From assembly GCA_963812605.1 (NCBI GenBank), contig CAWEWF010000004.1, positions 362,143 through 426,142 on the forward strand: DNA of 64,000 nucleotides, in the 5' to 3' direction. Below, in pieces: positions 1 through 10,168 of this stretch. Origin of the DNA: an uncultured Verrucomicrobiae bacterium. Lineage in GTDB: Bacteria; Verrucomicrobiota; Verrucomicrobiia; Palsa-1439. The notes beneath the pieces are model-generated. The model was not told where the DNA came from and searched no databases. It was given only the letters and a program-made list of their open reading frames with translations. Each line of letters starts with the position of its first letter. Position 1 is the first letter of the stretch. The translations under genes were made by a program, and so were the position numbers.

Positions 1-75
1 CAAATCGCCCGAGCCGGCGATTTCATCCACGAAATGAAAGACGGCGTCGTGGTGCGCAGCGGCCCGCCGGGTTAG
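1..75 (+). CDS. 3' end of a probable ABC transporter ATPase (partial, window edge)
   Basis: Frame 1 reads QIARAGDFIHEMKDGVVVRSGPPG*, resembling a LolD/MacB-type ATPase C-terminus. Confidence 0.5.
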   Translation, partial: QIARAGDFIHEMKDGVVVRSGPPG

Positions 76-97
76 AGATGCCTACGAGACCTATTAG

Positions 98-141
98 GGA
101 TTCTAAATCCTGATTGACAGGATTCTAAATTGGCGTATGTT
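98..141 (+). promoter_or_regulatory. vapBC promoter with repeated operator
   Basis: TTGACA (114-119), 16 bp, TATGTT (136-141); GGATTCTAAAT at 98-108 and 120-130 flanks the -35; ATG lies 6 nt after the -10, so probably leaderless. Confidence 0.65.
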
Positions 142-147
142 GGAAGC

Positions 148-372
148 ATGAAAACGACCATTGATATTCCAGAAGAACTGCTTCGGGAAACCATCAAACG
201 CACCCGCGCCAAGACGAAACGCGACGCGGTCGTTACCGCCCTTGAAAAATTCAACCGCCTCCAACGCCTTCGCGAATTGAATGCGAAATTGCGGGGAACA
301 TTCGTTGACTTCATGACCCAAGACGACCTCAAGATCATGCGCGAAGATGCGAAATGGACGAGGACCTCGTGA
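148..372 (+). CDS. vapB: VapB-type antitoxin
   Basis: MKTTIDIPEELL...TKRDAVVTAL RHH-like N-terminus; GTGA overlap with the PIN gene. Confidence 0.85.
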   Translation: MKTTIDIPEELLRETIKRTRAKTKRDAVVTALEKFNRLQRLRELNAKLRGTFVDFMTQDDLKIMREDAKWTRTS

Positions 373-746
373 AACTTGTGGACACATCCGCGTGGGTGGA
401 ATACTTGCGCTCCGGGCACGGGGAGGTTGCTGAGAATGTAGAGTCGCTGATCCTGTCCGACGACGCTGCCTGGTGCGACATGGTGATGCTTGAGCTTTGG
501 AACGGCGCACGCGGACAGGAAGAAAGACGAAAGCTGGCGGAATTGTCAGCCGCCGCTCCGCGCTTCGAAACCAATTCCGAAGTCTGGAAACTGGCGCATC
601 GGTTGGCCACTCGCTGCCGCGACAAGGGTAAGACCATTCCGGCGACCGACATTTTGATTGCCGCCTGCGCCACTCACCACGAGGTCGAGTTGGAGCACAA
701 GGACGACCATTTTGACATAATTCTGCCGCTGGCAAAATCATTATGA
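369..746 (+). CDS. vapC: VapC PIN-domain ribonuclease toxin
   Basis: LVDTSAWVEYLR, ELWNG, DILIAACA and HKDDHF PIN motifs. Confidence 0.92.
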   Translation: MKLVDTSAWVEYLRSGHGEVAENVESLILSDDAAWCDMVMLELWNGARGQEERRKLAELSAAAPRFETNSEVWKLAHRLATRCRDKGKTIPATDILIAACATHHEVELEHKDDHFDIILPLAKSL

Positions 747-869
747 ATCCGAACGCCGCCCTGCTCCGCTGCGGCAATCTGCCGGCGCTCAGATGGACGA
801 TTGAACCGAACACTGGCATTTCTGTCGCGAATGCGGAATTGACCCCGACAGCCGGCTGCCGTCACCGAT

Positions 870-1217
870 TCAGTCCTTCTTCCGTGCGGCACAAATACCA
901 CACCGAATGCGCGTGCCGATTCTGTCTTCGCTCAGGATTAGACTGACGAGTTTCCGGTCTGCATCCCAGCACGTGAGGCAATATGGCCGCTCCTTATTTT
1001 TGTCGTCGTCCAAGAAGTAACTGTTGCCGTCACGACGCAAGCGTGTTGTGATGTCGCTGGCTTCCTTCAGCGACTTAACCTGCTCGCGTAGTTCCAAATT
1101 CTCCTCGCGTAGTTGGAGAATTTCCTCGCGTAGTCCCACAATACGTTCGTAGAGATCTTGGTCGTTGTATTTCTTGACCAACTCTGCAATTTCTTTGGCG
1201 TGGTCCAGTATGCTCAT
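870..1217 (-). CDS. hypothetical protein, coiled coil plus C-terminal Zn ribbon
   Basis: Heptad-rich N-half; CLTC...CGIC; AGGAG RBS. Confidence 0.75.
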   Translation of the reverse strand: MSILDHAKEIAELVKKYNDQDLYERIVGLREEILQLREENLELREQVKSLKEASDITTRLRRDGNSYFLDDDKNKERPYCLTCWDADRKLVSLILSEDRIGTRIRCGICAARKKD

Positions 1218-1250
1218 GATTTCTCCTAGACGGGCGTGATAAACCTAACG

Positions 1251-2108
1251 TCAGGCTGAGGAATCACCTTCAGAGATTTGCCTGCCCGACTCGTCCTTGA
1301 ATTTTCCATTTTCAAACTCGACCAAGCTGGAGATGAAACGGACATCGTCCTCTGAAAGTTCAAACCACTCGCCATGAACCCTTTTCTTGGTAAACCAGCC
1401 GTGGAGTATCTTCTCAGCTTTGTAGCTATCATCTGCGCCGATCTCGTGCATGACTAGAACTGTGAATGGAAGCAGGGTATTGACACCTTTGGATCGCGTC
1501 TTAGGTTCTCCGCTTACACCGATTTTGTATATGCGTCGTTCTTTGTTTCCTAGCAAATACACAAAGCCATCATACTCCTTATTGGTCGCTCTATTAGGAT
1601 GCTGCCCGCACCGTTCTTTACATGGCCAACAAGCCTTTTTGCCTTCTATGTCAATGCAAACAGATTTCCTACCTTCTTTACCCTCGCAACGCTTGCTTGC
1701 TTGCAATTCACACACTGCCCATGTGTTAACACGGTGTATGCCAGGGAGAAGCACCTCGATAAGTTCCTCAACGTCGCTGTGAAACAACTCCAGCTTAATG
1801 GGAGGCTTTCGACCAAAATAAAGTTCGAAGGGGTCCCGTGGAGAGCTAAACTCCAGGTTGTCTAAACGGTGGTCCCGTAGCCGTAGCTGTATACGGATAC
1901 GAATGCCATTCCAATCCACCCATTCATACTCCAAGGCGGAGCCTTGGAAATGGTCACCGAAAGGTATAGCGCCACGTTCCTTGCTGGTGTCGAGTAGTCC
2001 TGAGATGAAGCCGAAATGCCAGACTGCATCAAAGAGCCAGTCGATGACCTTCCTCTGGACGAGTTCTCTCGCCTGCTGCGAATCGCCAGTGTCATCTGTG
2101 TGAGACAT
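1251..2108 (-). CDS. GIY-YIG (T5orf172-like) nuclease domain protein
   Basis: GFVYLL...YKIGVS...AEKILHGWF...RVHGEWFEL at the C-terminus. Confidence 0.85.
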   Translation of the reverse strand: MSHTDDTGDSQQARELVQRKVIDWLFDAVWHFGFISGLLDTSKERGAIPFGDHFQGSALEYEWVDWNGIRIRIQLRLRDHRLDNLEFSSPRDPFELYFGRKPPIKLELFHSDVEELIEVLLPGIHRVNTWAVCELQASKRCEGKEGRKSVCIDIEGKKACWPCKERCGQHPNRATNKEYDGFVYLLGNKERRIYKIGVSGEPKTRSKGVNTLLPFTVLVMHEIGADDSYKAEKILHGWFTKKRVHGEWFELSEDDVRFISSLVEFENGKFKDESGRQISEGDSSA

Positions 2109-2123
2109 TGCCGCGATGTGTGG

Positions 2124-2468
2124 TTACCTCTTCCGTTTTGCGCGGTACTTGGCTCGTGCCTCAGCGATTGTCGTGGACGGTGCTGGCGGCAGTTCACGAA
2201 TGAACGACCAGGAGACTTCGGCGACTTCGTCGGTGTCGTAGGTGACTTTGAAATGGCTGCCCAGATCGTTGTCTACCTCTACACTCACCGGGATGGCTTT
2301 GGCGGAAATCCGGTTGGCCTTCTTGATGGCGGATTGCGGCTCAAGAAAGCAGAGGCCGTCCGCAAACTCCACTTCGAAGGCGTCTTCCCAGCCCAAATAC
2401 CGGGCCCTGCGGACGCGGGCAAAGACCGCCTGGCCGTACGGTTTCTTAAGTTGAACGTGTGTCTTCAC
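2124..2468 (-). CDS. hypothetical protein, possibly DUF2442-like antitoxin
   Basis: 114 aa with a FEVEFADG motif; GTGA-coupled to an upstream gene remnant. Confidence 0.5.
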   Translation of the reverse strand: MKTHVQLKKPYGQAVFARVRRARYLGWEDAFEVEFADGLCFLEPQSAIKKANRISAKAIPVSVEVDNDLGSHFKVTYDTDEVAEVSWSFIRELPPAPSTTIAEARAKYRAKRKR

Positions 2469-2559
2469 AGGCGACCTTCGTTTTTCAATTCCGTGATCAG
2501 CTTAATCAGTTTGTCGTCCGGCGTCCAGCAAGCACCGTGTGGCTGTGTTTTAAAATTTG

Positions 2560-3036
2560 GCCGGCGGGCGTTGGGGTGGGTGAGATGCTCCAAGCGGTTG
2601 TGCTCGGCCACGCGCAGCGCCAGGACTTGTTGGCGACGGGTGACCAACTCCGCCAGTTGACTCTGGGCGGCGCTCAACGCGGCGGTGCCGGCCGGGTGTA
2701 CGGCGGCGCCGTAAGCCGCCAGCACGGCGGCATCCAGTTGGTCAGTCTTGGCCAGCCGACCGGTGGCGCGGGCGAAGTCGCGCACGTGACGCGCGTTGAC
2801 TACCGAAACCACTACACCGGCGCGTGCAGGGCGGCCACGACGGCGCGTTCATAGCCGCCTGTGGCTTCGCCGATGACGTGCACGGATCCCAGAGCTTGCA
2901 GCCAACGCACCAAGGCGCGGTGGCCCTGAGGGTGGTTGGGAAACTGACGGAACTGCGCGCGGGATCCGCTGGCGGCGTGCAGATCCAGGGTGAGTTTGGC
3001 GACATCCATTCCGACGTAGACGATCGATGGCAACAT
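2560..3036 (-). pseudogene. IS110 recombinase N-terminal RuvC-like (DEDD) domain, truncated, frameshift near 2815
   Basis: YVGMDVAK, EATGGYE, VNARHVRDFARATGRLAKTDQLDA; no C-terminal Tnp domain. Confidence 0.88.
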
Positions 3037-3265
3037 GGTTAGACTCCTCCTTGCAATGCGAGCTGGTGGTGGCGCGGATGGGCGCGACCGCCGCTCTGGC
3101 AACTGTTCGAGCGTACCGACAGGCAACGCGGATGGATCCAGCTCCAAACGGACAGGTCTGAACCGAACCGAGGGCCACGACGATCACTTCCGCGCGCCCT
3201 TGGGGGGCATGCCCCCCAAGGGCCATCCTGTCGCTCCCACACGGTGGGAAACCAAGCCAGAGAGT
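3037..3265 (-). ncRNA. IS110 bridge RNA (predicted)
   Basis: TAGAAT -10 at 3273-3278; 28-bp perfect palindrome 3196-3223; guide-like CGTGGCCCT, TTGGAG, ACAGTTG and TTGCAAG in the IS621 order. Confidence 0.75.
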
Positions 3266-3284
3266 ACCAAAAATTCTAGATACA

Positions 3285-3346
3285 AGGGCCACGCTCCGTC
3301 GCGTCGCGTTCATTCAATGCGGCCACGACGGAGCGTGTCCCTCCAA
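3285..3346. repeat. inverted pair of REP-like elements; the left copy is the IS110 target
   Basis: GACGGAGCGTGGCCCT on the minus strand (cut at CT) and GACGGAGCGTGTCCCTCCAA on the plus strand at 3327-3346. Confidence 0.7.
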
Positions 3347-3415
3347 GCCGCAGATCAGGACGTTACCCACCGTATTGTAATAATCCCGAGGCGGGACACC
3401 ACGAGGAAGACCGGA

Positions 3416-4530
3416 CTACAGCGTCCGGCGAAACAGCAGCGTGGCGGCGGTCATGGCCAGGACGGTGAAAACCAACAGAAAAAGCAGGTCGCCGCTGACG
3501 GCCACAAGCCGGTGTTTTTCAAGACGAAGCTGTTTGAACCCGTGCACGGCGTAGGTGAACGGGTCGACGACCGCGATGGCTTTCATCCAGGCCGGAAAGG
3601 ATTGCGTGGGATAGACCGCGCCGCTGGGGAAATACAACACCGTGTTCAACATCCCGAAAATGGCGCGCGGCACCAGCGGGTCGCTCACGCGCACCATGAT
3701 CAGAAACATCATGCTGATCAGCGCCAGCGCCGTCGCCACCACCAGCAACAGCATCTTCGCCAGTCGCAGCGGGATTCAACGGATCGGGAATTCCCGCGAT
3801 GAGCGAGCCGAGAGTGATCAAAACCACCCCGGCGATGATGGCCTTGGCCGCGCCGGCGAGCGTGAAACCCAGAATCAATTCAAATTTGCGGATCGGCGTG
3901 ACGAGATAGCCCTCGTGCAGGCCGCGCGCCTTGTCGTCGATGAAAATGATGCCGCCGCCGATCATGGCCGAAACAAAGATCGCCAGCACGATCGTGCCGG
4001 GCAGCAGGTACTGGATGTAAGGCACGTACGGATAAATCTCCACGACGGAGAGCGTCGCCGCCGCGGTCGTGCGCGGCGGAACGGCGGGTCCATTGTAGGG
4101 CGCAAGCATGCCATTGAGGCTGCCTTCGAGCGCGGACGCGGAGAATTGTCGGTGTTGTCTTCGACCAGCGCGATGCGCGGATTCGCTCCGGCGAGGACCT
4201 TGCGCGAAAACTCCGGCGGAATGTCAGCACGCCGTTGATTTTGCCGTTGCGCAGATCGCGCAGCGCGGCCGCCTTGGTCGCTGTAAGCAATCGGTGTCGA
4301 AGGTGCGCGCGTTGGCGGCGACGGCCTGGCACATTTCCTTCAGTTTGATCGCCGGCACGCCGTGGTCCTGGTCGACGACGCCGACTTTCAGGTGCTTGAC
4401 GTTGCCGCCGAACGCGTAGCCCGAGCACGACCAGCTGCACCAGCGGCATGACGATGGAGACGATGACCAGAACCGGGCTGCGCCGGAACCGGCGCAGGTC
4501 GCGTTCGATGATGGCCCAGATGCGGTGCAT
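3416..4530 (-). CDS. ABC-2 type permease (several frameshifts)
   Basis: MHRIWAIIERDLRRF...YLLPG...VDPFTYAVHG spread over several frames. Confidence 0.85.
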
Positions 4531-4544
4531 ATCGTCTTGTCCTC

Positions 4545-5535
4545 TTATCCTCGCTGCATCAGAAACGGGCTGTTGGCAGCCGCCGGGCGCCTGCAACGCG
4601 TCGCGCAGTTGATGGCCGGTGTAATGCACGAACACGTCGTCGAGCGTCGTGCTCTGCACCGAAAGCGAAGTCACCGTGACGTTCGCGTTGCGCGCCGCTT
4701 CCATCAATGCCACCGTCGTGCGCGGGCCGTTGTTCGACGAAATCCGGAAGATGTTGTCCTCCGCCTTCACTTCGGCCACGTCGGGCAGGTGTTTTCACGT
4801 CTCCAGCCAGTGTTGCGGACGTTCGAGAAACTGACCTCCAGAATGTTCTTGCCGGGAATCGAGGCCTTCAATTTCAGCGGCGAATCCAGCGCCACCAGTT
4901 TTCCGTGATCCACGATCGCGATGCGGTCGCAGAGCTTGTCGGCTTCGTCCATGTAATGCGTGGTGACGAGGATCGTCAGGTCGCGCTCGCGTTTCAGCCG
5001 CGAGAGCATCTCCCAGACCGCGACGCGCGAAACGGGGTCGAGGCCGGTGGTCGGCTCATCGAGGAAGAAAAGCTTGGGCTCATGCACCAGGCCGCGCGCG
5101 ATTTCCAGCCGGCGCCGCATTCCGCCGGAAAACATTTTCACCGGCTTGTCCGCCCATTGTTCAGGTCCACTGCCTTCAGCAACTGGTCGGATGGTGCGCA
5201 GCCGCTTTTCGCGCGGAATGCCGTAGAGCTTGGCGAAGATGCTCATGTTCTCCTCCGCGCTCAGATCGAGATCGGACGTCATCGCCTGCGGAATGACGCC
5301 GATGGACTGGCGCACGTCGTTGGCCTGCGCGGACGATGTCGAAGCCGTTGACGCGCGCCGTGCCGGAAGTCGGCGGCACCAGCGTCGTCAACATGCGGAT
5401 GAGCGTGGATTTGCCCGCGCCGTTTGGCCCGAGCAGACCGAACACCTCGCCGTGCTCGACGGAGAAGTTCAGCGCGTCCACGGCCGTAAAATCGCCGAAG
5501 CGCTTGGTCAAATTTTCAACGTCGATGTCAGCCAT
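4545..5535 (-). CDS. ABC transporter ATPase, DrrA-like (frameshifted)
   Basis: [27 protein letters not shown]. Confidence 0.9.
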
Positions 5536-5539
5536 GGCC

Positions 5540-6402
5540 TCACGGGCCTTTCAACGGCAACGTAACGTAAGCGGTCATGCCGACCGCGAGGCGCGGTCGC
5601 GGTTGTCACAGCGCAGGCGGATTTCAAACGTCTTGATGTCGCGCTTGGTGCGGCTCACGTCGCGTTGCGTGGCGTAATCCGCGTCCACGCCGCGATAGAA
5701 CACCGTGCCTTCGCGCACTGCGCCGGAAGGCAGTCTCACCGGCAATTTGTCGCCGAGACGAATGCGGTCGATGTACGTCTCCTCGACGTCGGCGCGCACC
5801 CAGAGATCGTCCGGGTTGATCAGGGTGACGATCGCCTGGCCGGGATTCACGACTTCGCCCTGCAGCGCCGCGCGCGTGTCCACGATGCCGTCGATCGGCG
5901 CGAGAATCCGGGTGTAACCCAGTTGCACCGTCGCCTTCGTGCTCTGGGCGCCCGCCGCTTGGGTTTGTTTGTTGACGGATTCGACCCGTGCTTTCGCGGC
6001 GTCGTAAGCCGTTCGCGCCTGATCGTAAGCCTGGGCGGACTCGGCGCCCTGGCGGTATAAGGCCTCCTCGCGCTGATAGGTCAGGCGGGCATTTTCCAGA
6101 TCGGCTTTTGCCTGCGTAATCTGCGCGGCGTACTGTTGTTCACTGCTCGCGTAAAACGCAACGTCAGCCTGCTGTTCCTGGGGTTGGATGACGCCGAGCA
6201 ATTCGCCATTGGTGACCACGTCGCCTTCTTTGACGAAGAGTTGCTGCAAACGGCCCTGGATTTCAGGGCCAACAATCACCTCATCCGTCGTCACAATGCC
6301 GGTCAAAACGATTGCGACAGGTGGCCGGGTGCTGGCGTAATAAATGACAGCCGCGACAACGGCGAGAATCACGATTAAAACAAGGATTTTGGGTTTGTTC
6401 AT
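5540..6402 (-). CDS. HlyD-family efflux adaptor (frameshift near the 3' end)
   Basis: N-terminal anchor, VKEGDVV lipoyl-like halves, APIDG; likely true end [13 protein letters not shown]. Confidence 0.88.
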
Positions 6403-7058
6403 GGTAGGCGAGATTTTGGATCCGTAAATAAACCGTGGCGGACGAAATCGAGCACCTCTTGTTTGCGCCGCTTCAAATTGCGCGCGCTATAAGCGTCCGG
6501 GTGTCCCAGCAATTGCAAGACCCGTGCGGCGGAGAAATAAAACACGATCAGGGACACGATCGACACGGAGGTCTGGAAGGCATCCGCGTGGCGAAATTCT
6601 CTGTTGCGCATCCCGCGTTCGATCAACTTGCCAAGGGCCTCGCCGCGCGGCGCGAAATATTTATGGATCAGCCGCTCCAGAAAATCGCCGCCGGTCATCA
6701 TCACCTGCTGGAACAACGGCGCGGATTGATGGCTGGCGCTGATGAAGTCAAAGTGCAGGCTCACATAACGAAGCAAGACCACTCGCGCTGGTCCCGGCGC
6801 ATTGAGTGCTTCCAGTGCCTGGCGGTTGAATTCACGGAAATGGTCCTCAACCACCGCTTCATACAGACCTTCCTTGCTCTTGAAGTAGTAGTAAAGGAGC
6901 GCCTTGTTCACCCCGGCCGCGGCGGCAATGGCATCGGTGCGCGCTCCCGCCAGGCCGGACTGCGCAAAGATGCGTCCGGCGGCGGCCAGAATCGCGGCGC
7001 GTGTCTCCGCGCTACGCCCTTGCCGTCCGGCCGGCTTGCCTGTTTTTGAAAGGCTCAT
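6399..7058 (-). CDS. TetR/AcrR family regulator
   Basis: IAAAAGVNKALLYYYFKSKEGLY HTH. Confidence 0.93.
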   Translation of the reverse strand: MSLSKTGKPAGRQGRSAETRAAILAAAGRIFAQSGLAGARTDAIAAAAGVNKALLYYYFKSKEGLYEAVVEDHFREFNRQALEALNAPGPARVVLLRYVSLHFDFISASHQSAPLFQQVMMTGGDFLERLIHKYFAPRGEALGKLIERGMRNREFRHADAFQTSVSIVSLIVFYFSAARVLQLLGHPDAYSARNLKRRKQEVLDFVRHGLFTDPKSRLP

Positions 7059-7059
7059 G

Positions 7060-7109
7060 ATTTAACTAACCAGATAGTTAAATTTTATCATTAGTTGAAT
7101 TTCTGTCAA
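7060..7109 (-). promoter_or_regulatory. tetR operon promoter and palindromic operator
   Basis: Minus strand TTGACA-16-TAAAAT; inverted repeat ATTTAACTA-N6-TAGTTAAAT (7060-7083) next to the start codon. Confidence 0.75.
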
Positions 7110-7232
7110 GCCGTACCCCTTCCCAGGCCGACGAAAGCCGGCTTGACTCAAACGGCCTGTTAGAGCCTAATCTAGCCGTTGTTCTGGGTTATGCCGGTGT
7201 TTGCCCTCTGGGGTTGTTTGAATGGGAATTCA

Positions 7233-10142
7233 ATGGTGAAGCCAGTTTTATTCTTCGGGATGGTTTTTTCCATCCTCGCTCTCGCATTCGCAGCCCCTGC
7301 CCAAGTGACGGAAAGGCAGGTTTTGCGGGGTCATGTGCCAAGGGCCGTTGCGGAGTTCAACTTGCAGCCGGTGGAGAAGCTTGCGAGTTCAACGAACCTG
7401 AATTTAGTGATCGGACTGCCGTTGCGCAATCAAGGCGCACTGACGAATCTGTTGCAACAGCAATACACGCCAACAAGCTCCCAGTACCATCACTGGCTGA
7501 CCCCAAAGGAATTCACGGCCAAGTTCGGACCGACGGAGGAGGATTACCAGGCAGTCATCGCGTTTGCCAAGGCGAACGGGTTCACCATTACCGCAACACA
7601 CCGCAATCGTACCCTGGTGGATGTGCGCGGCTCCGTGGCGGACATCGAGAGGACGTTCCGGGTGACACTGCGCACGTATCAACACCCGACGCAAGCCCGC
7701 AAGTTCTACGCGCCAGACGTTGAGCCGTCTGTCGACCTGACGGCCCCGGTATTGCACGTCGCCGGCTTGAACAATTACAAATTGCCGCATCCCTTAAGTG
7801 TCCGGGCGACTCCGGAAAGCAAGGTGGCGCCCGCCTCCGGTTCGGGGCCATCGGGCAGCTATATGGGGAACGATTTCAGGTCCGCTTATGCGCCGGGGGT
7901 TGCGCTCGATGGTTCCGGGCAAATGGTCGGCTTGGTGGAGCTGGATGGCTATGACGCCAGCGATATCACCAGTTACGAGAATCAAGGCGGCTTGCCGCAT
8001 GTGCCGTTGAAGAATGTCTTGTTGGGCGGGTTCAGCGGAACCCCCACGGCCGATGCCGACCAGGTGCAGGAAGTGTCCCTGGACATCGAGATGGCGGTTT
8101 CCATGGCACCGGGGCTGTCCCAGGTCATCGTCTATGAGGCCCCGAATGATTCAGCATTTACTGGTGATGTTTTGAACCAAATCGCGATGGACAACCTGGC
8201 CAAGCAAATCAGCTGTTCCTGGGAAATCGGCGACGACCCGACTTTTGACCAGATCTATCAACAATATGCCGCGCAGGGCCAGTCGTTCTTCCAGGCCTCC
8301 GGGGACAACGGAGCGTTTACCTCACTTTGGTTCGGTCAGCAGCAAGCGGACAGCCCCTATATCACCCTGGTTGGCGGAACGACCTTGACAACCGGGCCAG
8401 CAGGAAGCTGGCAGTCTGAAACTGTTTGGAACTGGAACGTAGGCACCGGAGTGGACGCGACGGACGGCGCCAGTGGCGGCGGGATCAGCGTCAATTACCC
8501 TATCCCGACTTGGCAACAGGGGATCGCCACGGGCTCAAACCAGGGATCGTCGTCCTCGCGAAACGTTCCGGACGTTGCCATGGTGGCAGACAGCGTGTAC
8601 GTCATCTCCGACAACGGTAACGTAGCAACAGATATCGGCGGCACCAGTTGCGCCGCGCCGCTTTGGGCCGGCTTTACGGCGCTGGTCAACCAACAAGGCG
8701 AAGCCGGCGGTCTACCTACAGTCGGCTTTATCAACCCCGCGATTTATGCGATCGGCGAGGGGGTAACCTATGCCAGTTGTTTCCACGATATCACCAGCGG
8801 CAACAACGAAACCCATTTCAGTCCCTCCCAGTTTTCCGCCGCTTCCGGTTACGATCTCTGCACCGGCTGGGGCACGCCCAATGGCAGCGGCTTGATCAAC
8901 GCCCTCACCCGCTCTGCGTGCACGAACGAGATCACGACAACCCCCGCGCCATCGGGCGGTGGCAGCACGAGCGGCGGCGGCACCGTGATCTGCGGATCGA
9001 GCGTCATTGTGATTGCGACGCCGAGTCCCTGTTATGCCTTCGTCAATTGGACCGAAAGCGGCGTTTCCGTGAGCACATCGCCGAACTATACGTTCACTGC
9101 GGCCAGCGATAGGACGCTGGTGGCCAACTTCACGCCCGTTACCACGGTACTGATCAACTCGGACAGTTCACCTCCTGCTGGAGGGACCACCAGCGGCGGC
9201 GGCTCCGTAACTTGCGGGTCGAGCGTAATGCTCTCAGCCACTTCCTCCGCGGACTACAGTTTTGTAGATTGGACAGAAGGCGGGGTGGAGGTCAGCACCT
9301 CGCCGGATTACACGTTCACCGCGGCGGCTGACAGCACGCTGGTGGCCAACTTCACCTGTACCACCGCAATCCTGTCGACAAACGCATCTTACGACGGGAC
9401 TGGCGGCCAGGGGACTGTCAATGTTTCAGCGGCATCTGATTGTGATTGGACAGCGAGCAGCCATGCATTTTGGATTACGATCACGTCGGGCATCAGCGGT
9501 TCCGGCACCGGGACGGTCAGCTACACGGTTGCTGCCAACATGAGAATCAGCGGGCGCACCGGCACCATGATGATCGGAGGGCAAACGTTTACGGTCGACC
9601 AGGGTCCGCGCGTAAACTGCATCTTCGGTTTGAAAGGGTCGAGTATCACACTCCCGGCGAAAGGCGGCTCCAAGACGGTGAAGGTGGAGGCGTTTGGCAC
9701 CACTTGCAATTGGACCGCTGTCAGCAATGATCCGTTTATCACGATCACCGAGGGCGCCACCGGCACGGGTAATGGGACGGTTGGTTTCACCGTCCCCGGC
9801 AATACCAATACCGCGCCCTTGACCGGCACGATAACGATTGCTGACCAGACGTTCACGGTCAACCAGGCCGCGGGAGGATGCGCTTTCTCGCTGAGTCCGA
9901 AGGGCGCCAAATACAAGGCTACCGGCGGTTCCAAGGCGATCAAGGTAAAGCCCAAGCTGAACGATTGCGTTTGGACGGCAATCAGCAACGATCCGTTTAT
10001 CACGCTCACCGGAGCTACCAGTGGCGTCGGGGCAGGAACGGTCAGTTACAGTGTCGCGGAGAACACGAATAGCACGCCGCTCACCGGCTCGATCACCATT
10101 GCCGGCGAAACCTTCACGATAACCGAGTCGGGCGCACCGTAG
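7233..10142 (+). CDS. secreted S53 (sedolisin/kumamolisin) protease with B-repeat-like and BACON-like domains
   Basis: Signal peptide, pro-domain, EVSLD, SGDNG, GGTS, GYDLCTGWG; three C-W-T-A beta-sandwich repeats. Confidence 0.92.
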   Translation: MVKPVLFFGMVFSILALAFAAPAQVTERQVLRGHVPRAVAEFNLQPVEKLASSTNLNLVIGLPLRNQGALTNLLQQQYTPTSSQYHHWLTPKEFTAKFGPTEEDYQAVIAFAKANGFTITATHRNRTLVDVRGSVADIERTFRVTLRTYQHPTQARKFYAPDVEPSVDLTAPVLHVAGLNNYKLPHPLSVRATPESKVAPASGSGPSGSYMGNDFRSAYAPGVALDGSGQMVGLVELDGYDASDITSYENQGGLPHVPLKNVLLGGFSGTPTADADQVQEVSLDIEMAVSMAPGLSQVIVYEAPNDSAFTGDVLNQIAMDNLAKQISCSWEIGDDPTFDQIYQQYAAQGQSFFQASGDNGAFTSLWFGQQQADSPYITLVGGTTLTTGPAGSWQSETVWNWNVGTGVDATDGASGGGISVNYPIPTWQQGIATGSNQGSSSSRNVPDVAMVADSVYVISDNGNVATDIGGTSCAAPLWAGFTALVNQQGEAGGLPTVGFINPAIYAIGEGVTYASCFHDITSGNNETHFSPSQFSAASGYDLCTGWGTPNGSGLINALTRSACTNEITTTPAPSGGGSTSGGGTVICGSSVIVIATPSPCYAFVNWTESGVSVSTSPNYTFTAASDRTLVANFTPVTTVLINSDSSPPAGGTTSGGGSVTCGSSVMLSATSSADYSFVDWTEGGVEVSTSPDYTFTAAADSTLVANFTCTTAILSTNASYDGTGGQGTVNVSAASDCDWTASSHAFWITITSGISGSGTGTVSYTVAANMRISGRTGTMMIGGQTFTVDQGPRVNCIFGLKGSSITLPAKGGSKTVKVEAFGTTCNWTAVSNDPFITITEGATGTGNGTVGFTVPGNTNTAPLTGTITIADQTFTVNQAAGGCAFSLSPKGAKYKATGGSKAIKVKPKLNDCVWTAISNDPFITLTGATSGVGAGTVSYSVAENTNSTPLTGSITIAGETFTITESGAP

Positions 10143-10168
10143 GCCGGACAGAAGACCTCCCCTGCCGG

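Larger units (their letters stand above)
2560..3286 (-). mobile_element. truncated IS110-family element (IS621-like), left end intact
   Basis: DEDD recombinase fragment plus a 250-bp non-coding left end starting CT-TGTAT at 3286; right half absent. Confidence 0.85.

Noticed and set aside
1238-1250. attC-like GTTAGGT between the two accessory genes
   Set aside because: No complementary RYYYAAC or hairpin upstream
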